In this document: positions 26,774 through 39,848 of the stretch, piece by piece
Layout: each line of letters starts with the position of its first letter
Numbering within the stretch: the stretch's first letter is position 1
Assembly: GCA_003344405.1 (NCBI GenBank)
Contig: NOWV01000200.1
Span: 1 to 64,000 of the forward strand
Length of the DNA: 64,000 nucleotides
Direction of reading: 5' to 3'
Source: Trichoplax sp. H2
Taxonomy: Eukaryota
Position numbers and translations under genes: made by a program
The notes under the pieces: generated by a model
What the model saw: the letters and a program-made list of their open reading frames with translations, nothing else
The model's database searches: none
Told to the model about the DNA's origin: nothing

Positions 26774-29700
26774 TTACCCATGCAAAATGTATTCTGGATA
26801 AGCTGCATTATCATTAGAGATAACAAAAATCGTTGGATTACGAAACTGATCAACAGAAGAATGAACGCGTTCTGCTGGACTACCGGGAATTGTTTGCAAG
26901 TTAGGTTTATATCTGCAGTTAGATTGGGCATAAATTCCAGTTAAGACGCGAACAAGTAATAACTTATTGCCGTAACGTAAGGCCTTTTTCGGCTGATTTG
27001 CGAAGTAGACTCCTTTACCATACAAAAAACCTGTAGTAATGATAACAACATAATCAATAATACGATCTTTAATTGAAGAACAACTATTAGTGATTTTATA
27101 GGCCATTTAGTAAATTAAGTCAATAAATTATCATTTTAAATAGCTTTTTAGATATAGAACTACTTTTAGACATTCTACTCTTATTTAATATTATAATACT
27201 GTTACTCAGTACTAAAATTAATCGGATAAAGTGGTAATAATTCTTTGCCATTAGCTATCCTTAAATTGCAATAAAGAATACGTTATTTTAAGTTCTAGTA
27301 GTTGTATGTTAGATTATTAATTTATGATTCGATTACTACGAAAATAATTCATAACTCTATTAGTATGTTGCAACATATGGAGCACTCTAAAATTATAGAT
27401 ATTGTATCTGTCTCTAATAGATATAAAATAAAGCAAAACCTTAGATATGATAGCATGTAGGATAAAAGTAAAATCGAAGATTTCTATATTCTGCAAATCT
27501 CTTTTAATTTTAGATACTGACGTCCGTGTGTTGTCTTGGAAAATAATTAGTCTCTGAATTAGCTCAATATCTAACAATAGCAAAGACAACTACAATTCAC
27601 TGAGACATGAACGATAGGTTTCTCGCTCCATTAACGTTTTGCTTCAATTTTTTTAATGCCAGTATTTTATTTGAGCTGTAATTCTCATAATTACAAATTT
27701 GTCCTACTCTGATATAAGTCAGCTTTTACTAGAATTTCACTTAGTAGAAATTAATTTTATTGCCCTCACCTAGTGCATTACCACAGTTATTAATATCAAA
27801 TCCTGCTCTACAAATATTTTCAACATTTTGACTCTTGGTTCCATGAAATAAACGCCTTTCAACGGGCACTGAAGCCTTATATTTAATCACTGAAGCTTCT
27901 ATTTCTTTTTTTCTCTGTTGAAAATGATAATATAAATTCCAATTTTGCACTCGCTGAAATTTAGTAACTTTAATGCCTCGTGATCCTATGAGATCAAATA
28001 ATTCTTTTCGCTCTTTCTCATTTACCACATCCATAATCCGAGGAGGTCCATATTTGACTTCGTCAATAGAGTCATATTGCCAATAATCCGGCACATCGAT
28101 ATCTTCTATAATATAATGAAGCAAATTATTACCTATATACATTGCTTCATCGTATCATACTCTTATGTTCAGAAATATGCAGTAAGCAGCGGCTATGGAA
28201 TTCTTAAAAACTGTGTCACGGTACGAACTACCGTGAAGAAATAGCTATCTAAATTTGGTTAATATAATATAGTGATAATATATTACAACTAGTTACTTAC
28301 AATAGGAATTACTCTAGTTATAAATGTGTTACAGTAAATTTAATGCTGTGCTGTAATGTGCACTGAAACGATTCTGTGAATGGACATGTTGTAGTCCGAC
28401 TGTGAAAAATTAGTTAGTAGATGTTCTCACCTAAGTATATTTATAAGATGACTCATGAATGTTAGCTTCTGTAGAAGGGTATATAAGCCCGTCAGATAGT
28501 TGAATAAAGTAGTTCTCAATTGTCTAGTTGAGTTTAACGTAGAGTCAAAGGGGTCTAAATTCTTGTAAGATAGTTAAGGGATACTGAATCCCGGAGATTA
28601 TAGTAATTTCGAGATTTGTTTTACACTATCTTTGTCACGAAGCTGGTTCGTGACAAACTGGCATACCAACATATTCGTACACTACTACTTCATACAAATC
28701 TGCTACTTTTTTGAGCATGAACGAAAATTTTCGTGTAGTACTTTAGGAATACGAGTAGCATTGAGCTGCAATACATAAAGACATTATGTTCTGTCTTATT
28801 AAAAATACCTATATATATTAGATGTCGAATATAAACTGACCGAATATTTGAACTAACCCACAGAAACACGCTTAAGGTATCGCCGTACATGATTCAATCC
28901 TTGTCATCCAAGATTAAAATAAAGGTATAATTTTACTAACAATAAATCTGTGCTACCAGTCATCTATGAAATAGTTTTATGAAGCAAATGCGATCACGTA
29001 CTCCTGGCAATGAGCCCAACTTTTTTTAAAGAAATATCTTCATTATATTACAGACCTAGAGTGTTCATGTAAATACCTTGGTAAATAATTCTGTCTATAC
29101 TATATTGCCAATCATATCTTGTTTCTATCTTCATATTTTTGTAATCTATGGCTCTGATATTAAAGCTAAAGTTATTAATACGTTGGCAATTTTTAGTTTT
29201 TTTAAAATTCTTGTAGTTTTTTTCTATTTGGTAGTTTAATTTTTGACCGAAAGGATAGCTTATATTTCCAACTTTAAGTACCCATGCGACAGAATTGACA
29301 TTCAATTCTTGCTCTTCTTTTATAGCAAATTGCTCTAATTTTAACTTTGTGAGTTGACGAATTTCTGATATTGCGTTGGTTATATCGTTGTTGAAGCCGT
29401 AAAGTAGTAAATTCCTACTAGAATCTTGTTTAGGTTTTCTACTAATGAAGGTGTTGTATTTGCACCATAGTTCAAGTGCATAACGATGCCAGTGATCGTT
29501 TTCCATATTACATATGTAATTATCAACCGGAAGAATTTGAGTAGTCCACGATGGAACACATTCTTCTATCTTCGATTGAATTTTAAAGATCGTCTCTTGA
29601 TCGTATGCAGCAATCAAAATCTTAATACCATCAACATCTTCATGAATGTCGTGAGTGATTTTCCATTGCAATTTTGGATTTTGTCTGATATACTGCCGAA

Positions 29701-32700
29701 TCCAAGTAGCAGTTTCTAAAGCACGCTGCTTTTGACCCATTAAGAAACGAATACAATTAATTTTACTTTTATGTGATTTATGCTGATTTAAGAATAATTC
29801 ATACTTCAATATCAATTTGTGTATATCTTCCCTACTAAAATCGACATTTAATAAGGGACATAAGATTGATTTTCTACCACTTGCATTAAGGCAAGTTAAT
29901 AAAACACCAAAACCGGCTATTAATCCGTAGGGGCAAACTTGACATAATTGCGGTGTTTCTGTACAACTAGGATCGAATTGTATCGTTTCTGAAGTATGGT
30001 CAGATGTCGGAAATCGAAAATTTTCCGTTAATTTACTCGATATCAAGTGTTGACTACACAAATTTGTAATATCGATTAAAACTTGACTTTCGGTGTGCAG
30101 GGTTGTACCATATTCCACGCATACTTTACATGATTCTTGATAGTTATCACACTCTGCTATAAAGACAGCATTCGATAGCGGACTCTGTTCTTTTGTTTTC
30201 TGGTTAAAATTTTGTGTTATAAGTGAGATTTCAGTATTTTCGTCTAGGCTTAATTGTTGCTCGTTGACTGCTTTCAAAACCTTCTGGAAAGCCTGATGAC
30301 ATCTTGCGTTATTGTCGATAACAATTTGTATTAGGATTAGTTTTTGCGAACTTTGATTTTCTTGAGCAAAGTTTATAATGACACGGAATGTTTCTCTTGC
30401 TATTTGATTATAATGTAAATGATTTTCATCAATTCCTATCACAGGTATAGCTATTGAATTCATTTGAGCTTTGCTAGCAAGACGTAGACATTCTAGTAGT
30501 TTAGCTTTCAGCGACTATAGTAAAGAAAGTGAAAACATTTCTTATAGCAACAAAGCTACTGATATTTAATAATAGGATAAGTGATAGGTTTACGAAAAAG
30601 ATCGGATAATTTATATTTATCGAATTAACACTAACTTGTAATGACCGGTCAGAACTTAAGAATGGAATATGATAAACTTTCTTACAATCAAAGTATTTGC
30701 CGTCAGTGATTGCAATATCATCATTAGTCATTTTCTTAAAAGCACTTTTACATTCCGTTTGGTACGCTTTTCCGCCTGATTTAGACAGGCTACTTGCAAT
30801 ATTTCCTTCATGATGTTGCTTGAAATGGACTGAATTAACAATAGCATCGACCTAATTTCACAAAATGAGCATCGTTAACATATTGGAAAGAAAGTAACTG
30901 CTTGAAATAGCAGGTATAATTGAACTATAAAACTACTATTCTCATCCTGACATATTTGGATTGTTGTTGAATTAGTCCTTGTATAAGTTCTATCTTGATG
31001 TCGCTGATCATTATTCGGTCTTTAGTGAGATACAAAACATCCTTAAAGGGCAGAGTCTTTGCACTAATGGTTGTTTCAATTTCTGACGTAGAGGAGTTGC
31101 AGTATTGAGTATCGACAAGTAGATTTGAAGGCCTAATAAACAAATTAAAATCATTTAGCAGCAAATAGCTACGGTAATCTTTCGATGAGTGAAGAATCTA
31201 ATGCTTTCCATCTATAATTTGGCCCATATTACCAAAACTACTAGGTAAAATACGAAGTTTTGAGCATTATCAAATCGAGAAATTTTTCTGAAGTCATATC
31301 TTGACTCATGATTTTGTTCAAGGGATATTTTAAATTTAGCCAATAATCAAATTAAGACTGTCTTCTAAAATTGATAATTTTAGGATAGAATACTTTTAAG
31401 TAATATACCTGCACGACGAATTTATAAAGTAATGTGAGCCTTAGTAAGGATTGTTATATGGTTAAGAAATAGGTCTAGAAAACGTGGGAGAAATATCGGT
31501 TTGCGGATATTCTCCGGAAAAATTATACCAAAAATTATTTCTTGAGTTGAGATAATAACTTCAAATTGATAGAAGCAATCACCACTGTACGGTATTTATA
31601 CATAAGAAATTACAGTTAACCATTATGGTCAAACTACGTATCATATAAGAGTGAAACAAATTTTGCATTTACGGTAGATAATGAAGATTAAGAAATTTGT
31701 GATTTTAAGATAATTTTTCGGATAGAACTCTTCGATGAAAATCACTTCAGATAGACAGCAGCAATCAATGCTGCATTTATATTGGAATTGTAGTATATTG
31801 CTATTGCTAACCTACATATTAAATGAGAGTGAAACTAACTATACATATATATTGCGTACGAATTGCGTCATATTAAAATTATGTTAGCGTTAATTAATAG
31901 TACAAGATTAATTTCACGTGATTGAAGATTATGATGTACTGCAGTACCGCCACAGTCATAGACCTGTAGTTTTTGTTCAAGCAAAGCAAATTGTTTAGGC
32001 ATCATGAAGTAGCGTAATAGCAATCAGTCTCAAAGTAGTAATTTAAAGATAGTGCTAGATAGATATAAGCTAAAAATAAGTGTAGATTTGAGAGTGAGGA
32101 ATTTTGCCACACACTTAAACATTTCAATTTGATAGCTCTAAATCTTTAACATTGTTATTATTATTAAAAGCGTCAGGCTCGCATAAAGATCGATGTAGAA
32201 CTACTGCACATTCAGTATCATTTTACTACTAATCTGAAAGCTAATTCAAATATTCGATTTTGAGATATTCATCGGAAATAACGACATAAATTTTCTCGTA
32301 ATTCGAAATTTCTTACGTATAGTGAAGAAAATGATGATGATGTTTGATTTAGGCTGCGAAAGTCCCTAATGTCTAAATTTGTTATCTTAACATGAGTTAT
32401 ACGTGCTCAAAATTGGCTATCTTATAATAAAAGGAATATAATTATCATATGCATATTACAATTGCTAAAAGTGATAAAACTAATCCGTAGTTTAAAATAT
32501 CAATTACCGATATTATTTAATTAGCTTTCTAGCTATCAACATTTACATATAAAGAAGCTTACTCTGAAACCGTTGGAAAATGGACGTCAATTTTGCATTC
32601 AAATTCATCTCGAATGTTCTGCAGTTTAATTTGACCATCATTTTCGGTGAGAAATCGACCCATTCTAGAAAATTGGCTAATGCCTGATTGCTCGTGGACG

Positions 32701-35700
32701 AACGAATAACGAAATAACTTTTTAATTTGGAAATAAATAAGTTGCTGATCATGAGGATAGCATTGAATAATAATTTCTCCTTCTCGACCATCTTGATTAG
32801 CGGGGGTGTCATTTGTAACATTTTTGCAATGTACGTAACAGTGATATTCTTCCTCAATACGATGAAAATGATGTCGAAGAAATTCTAACCAAATAGATGA
32901 TCCAGTTTCGATTTTTTGGTCAATCGAAAATTCGATCATTTTATAGTCTAGAATGCTCTTGTTGATAGCAACTAAAACTTGTTTCACAGAATCCTTCAAG
33001 CCAATCGCAATAATATTACAATGAGCGGATTGGGTATCAATTTCGGTTTGCAGACAAACTTTGTGCTGATCCGATAAATTAAGAAGGAAATCGGGCTTCA
33101 GGACCTTACCATCTAACACTAAATTAAAACTATCACCAATAATTTTAATCGATTGGGTTGAAATTTCACAGTGTAAATAAGAAATTGCTCTTGAATATTC
33201 TGAGTGATTGAGAGCAACGATGGAAATGAAATCTTGTTGATTCTTATAAATTCCTGCTTGAATAGATTGCTCCATTAATTTTCTATTTAGATGATGTTGA
33301 TTGTCGTCATATTTGGATAAAAAGCTCGTCATCGATTCTGTCAAGCCAGCACTACTAATCTCAATCCCAATAAGTGCTGTTAATTCTTGCATAATAATTA
33401 GTTTATGATGTTCATTCATTTTAACGGCTATGATAGGATAACCATATCGTTGAAAAAATTTAAAATAAACAGGAATGCCTTTTAGACGTAATTTCTTATC
33501 TAGCTCAATGAGTTGCAATAAGAATTTGACATGATGAGCTATAGGAAACTCTTCTAATTCTCCCTCCATTTCCCCCCAAAATTCCCTTTGATCGCAAATG
33601 CTTTCCGTGTCACTTTTTAATTCTTTCTGGCTATGTTGGGATGGGGTTGAAAAATCGTCTGAATCACTCATGTCAGAAATATTATGGCTAAAGTCTATAA
33701 TGGAAAAGGGTAAAAGTTAAGCGAAATTTACGGAATGCCGAGATAACATAGAATTCTATGAGTTTGGTATACTTTGAATATTAATAACTAGAGGATAAGC
33801 CAAGCCTTTGATTAAGATTAATAATATGATAGCGGTACTGTAATTTCTGAAAGCTAATATGAATAGAAATTTCGATAGCTTTTTGATACGTTAATACGAT
33901 CGCTAAACTTAAATTGGCTTATTAAATCATAGTATAAAGTTAAAGAAGCATAATTATGTCTTGTCTTAAGTAATAATAGACAATTTACAGGCGTTTCTTT
34001 ACTAATATGTCTTACTCTTTAGAAGTGACTTTCACTAACTAATGCTGATCTAATTTCATCAAATAACGTATGTAGGTATTTGTTGGAAACACTATCATCT
34101 ATGATTTTATACCTTCTTATTAGATAAATCAATAGTTTTATAATTTTATTCAATTACCTATAATAAATTTTTATGTAAATTGGCTATAAATCGACTGGTT
34201 TTCAAATAAGTTTGAGTTTAGTTATGTCTGAGGAGACTAGTAACTACCGTTCCTCCTGATACTAGGAGATCGTCATTATTTAGAGTCATACTGTAGGTAA
34301 ACATCGTCAAGGGCAAGTTTTACTGTAGGCTATTAGCGTTTAGTTTTCTATGATAGTTGTATTTTTTTCGTCGCAAAATTTAGATTTGTAATGCTTGTTA
34401 ACCAGGTAAAGATCTACTCTATTGAATCCGAATATTAAATTTTTACAATAAGAAGTACGATAGGTAATGGATGAGGATGTCATTCTATTATGAATCATTG
34501 TAACGTTAGCTGATTGCAATATTATAGGCCTTAGATACGAAATGCCATGATTAAAGGTTACGATTTCGTTAAAAAGGCGTTAATTTCTTAATTAAACGAA
34601 GTTTTATGTATGAAATCAGGTCTCCTTCTTATAGAATAGTTTTCAATGACTACAGATCTTGGAGAAAATTATTCTTAGCCTCTCAATATTAATCGAAGTT
34701 AATTTTTTGTAGTATTCTTCATTAATTATGATTAAAAGCGCTAAAAAATAATATGAAAAGTTAATTGCACCTTTTCATTATTTACTACTTTTATTGCCCC
34801 CTGGAACAGAAATAAATTCTACTTTCTATATTAGCTGCTGTACCTTCAGATTCAAATATTTCCATGGCATTTTCAGGTTGGGCTTCACTTTTGGGAGAAT
34901 CCTAGCGAAATTAAATATTCCATTAGCTATACATCAGAAAGCCCTTACGCTATCAGTAAATGACTAATTTTAAGGCTATATGAAAAGCTATGTTTAATTT
35001 TAAAAATCCTTAATGTTAACTCCAAATTTGAAGTAAATGACATAGTGAATATTAAAAGAATACGGTTAATTTTGTTCATATTTACTTTCAATCCCTTTTT
35101 TTTTTTTATCATTGATATTAACTTCTTAAAAATTAAAGAATCTTTACATTCGTCTGCTAGAAATGCCTTAATTTGTTTGCCAGGTTCAATGTTGAAATAT
35201 CGAAAGCAAAGTAAGGCAATTAAGCCGCTCTTGTCATCTTTATACGTAAGGCTTCTGTATATTAAAATAGCGATAAATGTTACGAAATTTAGGATAATGA
35301 CAGTATTTTGCTGATATTTTTTGTACGGCAAGTATAGCAAAGGTTTTGATCTACTATTTAATTTAAAATAATTTAAAATTGAGCGCAAGTTGTTAAGTAA
35401 GAAAAGATTTATTTGCTGTATATCAACTTAGGCACTGATGAAATTAAGTGTACAGTTCGACCGTAGACATATTATAATTAGTCTCTGATATTCGTAAGTT
35501 TATCTAACTTCTTAGTACTATCAGACGACCGATCTATTAAAAACCCATTTATCTATATTTACATGCAATCAGAAGAGCCATTTTTGCAATCAATAATTTC
35601 TCCAGCTTGACTAAAGCAGTGAATACATTCCACCTATAAATAACGAAAACTAATCTTTTAGAGAGCTCAGTTTACCCTCACACACTTATTAGGTATCAAA

Positions 35701-37333
35701 CACGATGATATTATTCTAGTATATTATTGTTAATTGACGAAAGGGCTTACTATGCTCATCGATATTGGCAATCGTGATACATGAATGGTGATTGGTTTGG
35801 ATTCGCCAGTAAAATGCCGTAATTTCCTGTGGTAGAGGATTTTTCTAAAAAAAATAATGGAAAAGATATTATAGTTAGATAAAGCTAGACTTTTCTCCAT
35901 ATATATATATACATGCACATATCCAGACACGGTTCTAATTTTTTGCTCTTATAGAAATTGAATGACCATTTCTATCTGTCAATCAATCAGTAAGAATCTA
36001 ATTTCCATACTTATTTAACAATTCTTTACGAAAACGTAATAAGCTTTCTTATATCGGTACTATTTTTCTTCAGATATTAATGTCAATACCAATAAGCATT
36101 ATTCACCTGCTTTCTAACAAGCTATCATAAAAATTGCCTTTACAAGCCTTTACTTTCTCTCTCTTTTGAAATAGCATTTCATTTAATCGTTGGCGCAAGC
36201 CCAACGGCATTGCCAAAGACCAATAAACTCGGAAAGATAATCGACTTCCTTCAAGCCTTCTGCCATAAAGATTTGCCATTACCGTCACAGCATCATTTTC
36301 GGAGAAGACCTGAAGGATTCTGTGTCAACGTATGATGAAAAATTAGCTTGAATAGAAAGCGATTGCTGGCATGATTTAATGTATTTAGCGGAGTCAAGCA
36401 ATTAACTAATGCTTGTGATTTCTGCATTATAGGCTTCATTAAGCCTCAATAACAAGAAATGATACTAACAATTATGTCTGATGATATGCTATAGCCATTA
36501 ACAAACCAAAAAGTTACTTTGCATCAAATTTATCATATATTTTTTCCCTGTTCCTATACATTTATCATATGAATCTGATAAAATTTTAACCTTACAAAGC
36601 CTCAATGTTATTTTTAACTACTTACGCAAAATTTCGTTCTTTTTTTTTATAATGAACATATTTTCCGAATTTGATACTACTACGTGAGGACGTTAGGGTG
36701 TTTACTTGTCCTATAAATTTCTAACCATAAAATGTCAAGAGATTTTATGTATTTATATTCATAATGAAACAGCAGGTTTATTTTTAGAGTATATTTTTAA
36801 TTTTCGATTATCCATAGTTTAATAAAAAATTTCTATTTTAAAATACATTGCAAAATAAATGAATGCATACACAAGTTTTAAGATTACTACTTCAGACTGT
36901 ATTTGTCTACAAGTTTCATTAGCTAATAGTGATCTATAGTAAAAATTTAGTCTTTCATCTAGAATGAAGGGACCGAGTAGATATTAAAATATCAAATTAA
37001 ACATAGAATTTAATGTTGATGATTTATTAATTCATTGTTTGCAAAAGTGCTTTTTACAAAACGGCTAGAGCTAATTGATATTTTTGCAGTATTACCATAC
37101 TTTCAAAGCATATAATTGCTATAATAAGCTGAAAATTATTACAGTTTCATATCATGTAGGATTATCGTAAGTCTTAAATTGTCGACATAAATCCTCAGAA
37201 AATAAGGAAATCGACTTCCATCTAATCTAGCTTAACAATCAGCAAATAAGTAGTCTTTACTCGTCTATATCACATACGGTAAATTTTTCTACCTTTAAGG
37301 CGATCTCTTCCATCTCACAAACCCATATTTCGT
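26774..37333 (-). CDS. PARP14-like macro-PARP paralog A: RRMs - KH-like region - macro - degenerate macro - WWE - mono-ART (H-Y-I)
   Basis: Approximate exons 5' to 3': 37273..37333 (YEIWVCEM), 36626..36710, 36106..36319 (RNFA|ILQVFSENDA, RRM-like), 35750..35844, 35561..35632, 35020..35254, 34843..34902, 32563..33694, 30952..31132, 30636..30851 (VDAIVNS..GNIASSLSKSGG..KKVYHI, macro), 29077..30514 (SIAIPVIG; VAWVLKVG..PF..NYQIEKNY, WWE-like), 27770..28105 (VPDYW..RVQNWNLY..ERRLFHGT), 26774..27030 (YGKGVYFA..TIFVISNDNAAYPEYIL). The start exon is not fixed. Confidence 0.85.
28214..28655 (+). mobile_element. Solo LTR, family 3 (442 bp), TSD AACTG, in an intron of paralog A (antisense to the gene)
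   Basis: Perfect 7-bp terminal inverted repeat TGTCACG...CGTGACA. AACTG at 28209..28213 and 28656..28660. TATATAA at 28480..28486 and AATAAA at 28503..28508. Confidence 0.88.
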
Positions 37334-39214
37334 ACGAATTACTATTTAATTGATGAATGCTAATAAATTATAAATAAGTTCATGTTAAAATTGGAATAGG
37401 ACGGTAATTTTTGGTAGCTATTTAATTTTAGTGATGACATATAAAAAGCCAATCACTAATAAAATTTAGGTGATACAAATGATGGTTTCTACAATTTTCA
37501 CTACAATTATCTTCGATGCCTCCAACGAAAGGTAGCATGAAGAGGTACAGTGTATATTTCGATTTAAGGTCTTCTTAAATTAACCAATACTTTAATAACG
37601 TTACGAATTATAATGTACAGTTTATTAAACTTTCTAATGTCTTGCAAATAAAAAATAAACAAAGACACTTCTGCTGCTGGTAATTAATAATCTACTGGAT
37701 TCTGTCAAACTAAATCATTTTCTAAGTCATAGAGTTTACAGTGAATTTTTACCATGCTATTAAAGACTATAACTTATTTATCAATCAGATCATAAAATTA
37801 TTACGCTTGATTATGTAGATAATTCATGGTAGTATTAATTTGAAGTAAATTTTCTGTTAAAATATAGATGGACTTCTGATTAATAATTCTTTAGCTATTA
37901 AGATTAATTAATACAGAACTAAATGCATTAATATTATTTCAATAAAACTATAATTGAGGATAAAATGCCTAAATCTTAGATGCTTGTGCAACTTGAATTT
38001 ATTGACAGTGAATCAAGAACCATTTAATCGCTTTTGTTATGCACTGAAATTAGTATTTGGTTATCTGTTAAAGTTATGAAATGATGATACTTATTCTAAG
38101 ATATTTTAAAGCAATACTGTAAATGCTTCTGAATGGATTAGATAATTTAAAGTTTTTAACTAGCTGTTTAACGCATTAAAAAATTACGATTTGCTTTTTT
38201 TGGCTATAATATTGTAATATAGAAAGAGCAGACCTGAGAGAATTTGTCGTTGCCATCTTTTAGGGGATACTAAGGAAAGCTTGAAAATATGCAAAACTCT
38301 ATCCTATATAGAAAGGATCGATAATTCAAACCTATATTAGATAATAAACAAAAGTATTGAGTTTCTCTGTAATTTTAAGATAATTCTAACCATACTGAGA
38401 AAGCGTATGCTCGTATATATATAACAGTACTCATAAGTTACTGGCAATTAATTTTGAATAGTTGCTAAAAATTTGATCGGTATTGCAATTAACTAGGTTC
38501 TATCAATATGATGAAATACAGCAATTTTTAGCAAAGCAAGTAGTATTAGCATACATGACATTCTAGTAACTCCAAGTATTAACAAATGATTAAATTAAAA
38601 AATTATGCCATTTCTAAGCTTCTGAATCAAATTTTGATCTGCTACAGGGTAGATCAGAGAATCAATCTTACGGTTGCAATATGGTAATCAAATAATGGTT
38701 CCTCATATTGCAAGAGTTAGCAAAGGCTTTATCTTCCTTCCCTTACTTCTGTTATAAATTACGATTTGCAACAAAGTAAATGTAAACTATTACTTAGAAA
38801 TTAGATGTACTTATAAGGCCACTGGGCAGACCTATCCTTTTCGTCATCCACCAATAGTATCACTCAATTAATGACAATTTTTCATCATCAAAAGGGTACA
38901 GGATAACTATACTTCCCTCAAAAGATTAAACTATGAGCCCAAGCTTTATTTAATGTATCAAACAATTACAGTAGTATTATATTGCTGAGTTCATGTTCAA
39001 TATCAATACTTTAATAACCTTGCTGGGCAAAATGAACCAATACGCACGCCCCGTAAAAATGTAGCTATATTTTACCGGGTATAATTAAAGCGTAGCTTTT
39101 AAATTTTTACTTTAATCTAAGCAATGTTGCAACACTGACCGCATATAGTACTTCAGAAAGATATGATTGGAGAGCTACGATATCGCTTATTTCTTACATT
39201 GTACTACATCCAAT

Positions 39215-39848
39215 TATGACAGTCTTATATACTGTATTAGAGTAAAAATATCTATGTTAAGATAATTTTGTTAGCCTATTCTTATTTAGTTAATTTCTAA
39301 TTTGGATATAATGTATTTTAATATAGCACTGGCTTTTTATGACAGTGGCATATATACATATACTGAAATTAATAGTTATATTAGGCAATGCGAATTATTT
39401 ACTTACAGTTCAAATCATTATGATTGTAGCTTACTTATGGTAGATTGCAAATTATCATGGAAATGTCCCGTGATAGGACATATCGTAATCTGACTATTCT
39501 GTATTAGTCATCAGATGTCTATGTTCGTAAATACTGTTGTCTGCATTAGGGAGAAGTAGCTTAAATTAACATATAAAACTGCCAATGATTCCAAAGTTAA
39601 CCATACTAACTATGACTCATGAACTATTAAGGAGGAGTACAGTATGTAAACGCAATATATCGTGTAATGAAGTTAATTGTGAAACCTAGCGTTTAACGTA
39701 AAATAAGAGGCGTCTAAGCCTTTGTGTTGTCTGCTAGTAGAGTAAAAGTGTTCCTGATTGTGTATATATCGCTCCTTGATACGTGATTCAAGCAATTCAC
39801 TTATTGATCGTAAATTCCCTTATCTTGCTGCAAAGCTCTTTTGTGAGA
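39215..39848 (+). mobile_element. Solo LTR, family 1 (older, diverged copy), TSD CCAAT
   Basis: Colinear with 22069..22696 over its full length. Degenerate termini TATGACA...TGTGAGA. CCAAT at 39210..39214 and 39849..39853. Confidence 0.85.

Noticed and set aside
28631..28657. Hairpin TTTGTCACGAA-GCTGG-TTCGTGACAAA resembling a bacterial terminator
   Set aside because: The context is eukaryotic, and the hairpin is the 3' terminus of the solo LTR 28214..28655.
22156..39493. Two similar 63-aa ORFs (22156..22347 and 39302..39493) that look like a conserved small gene
   Set aside because: Both begin at TTG and lie inside copies of the same solo LTR. The similarity is explained by the repeat.
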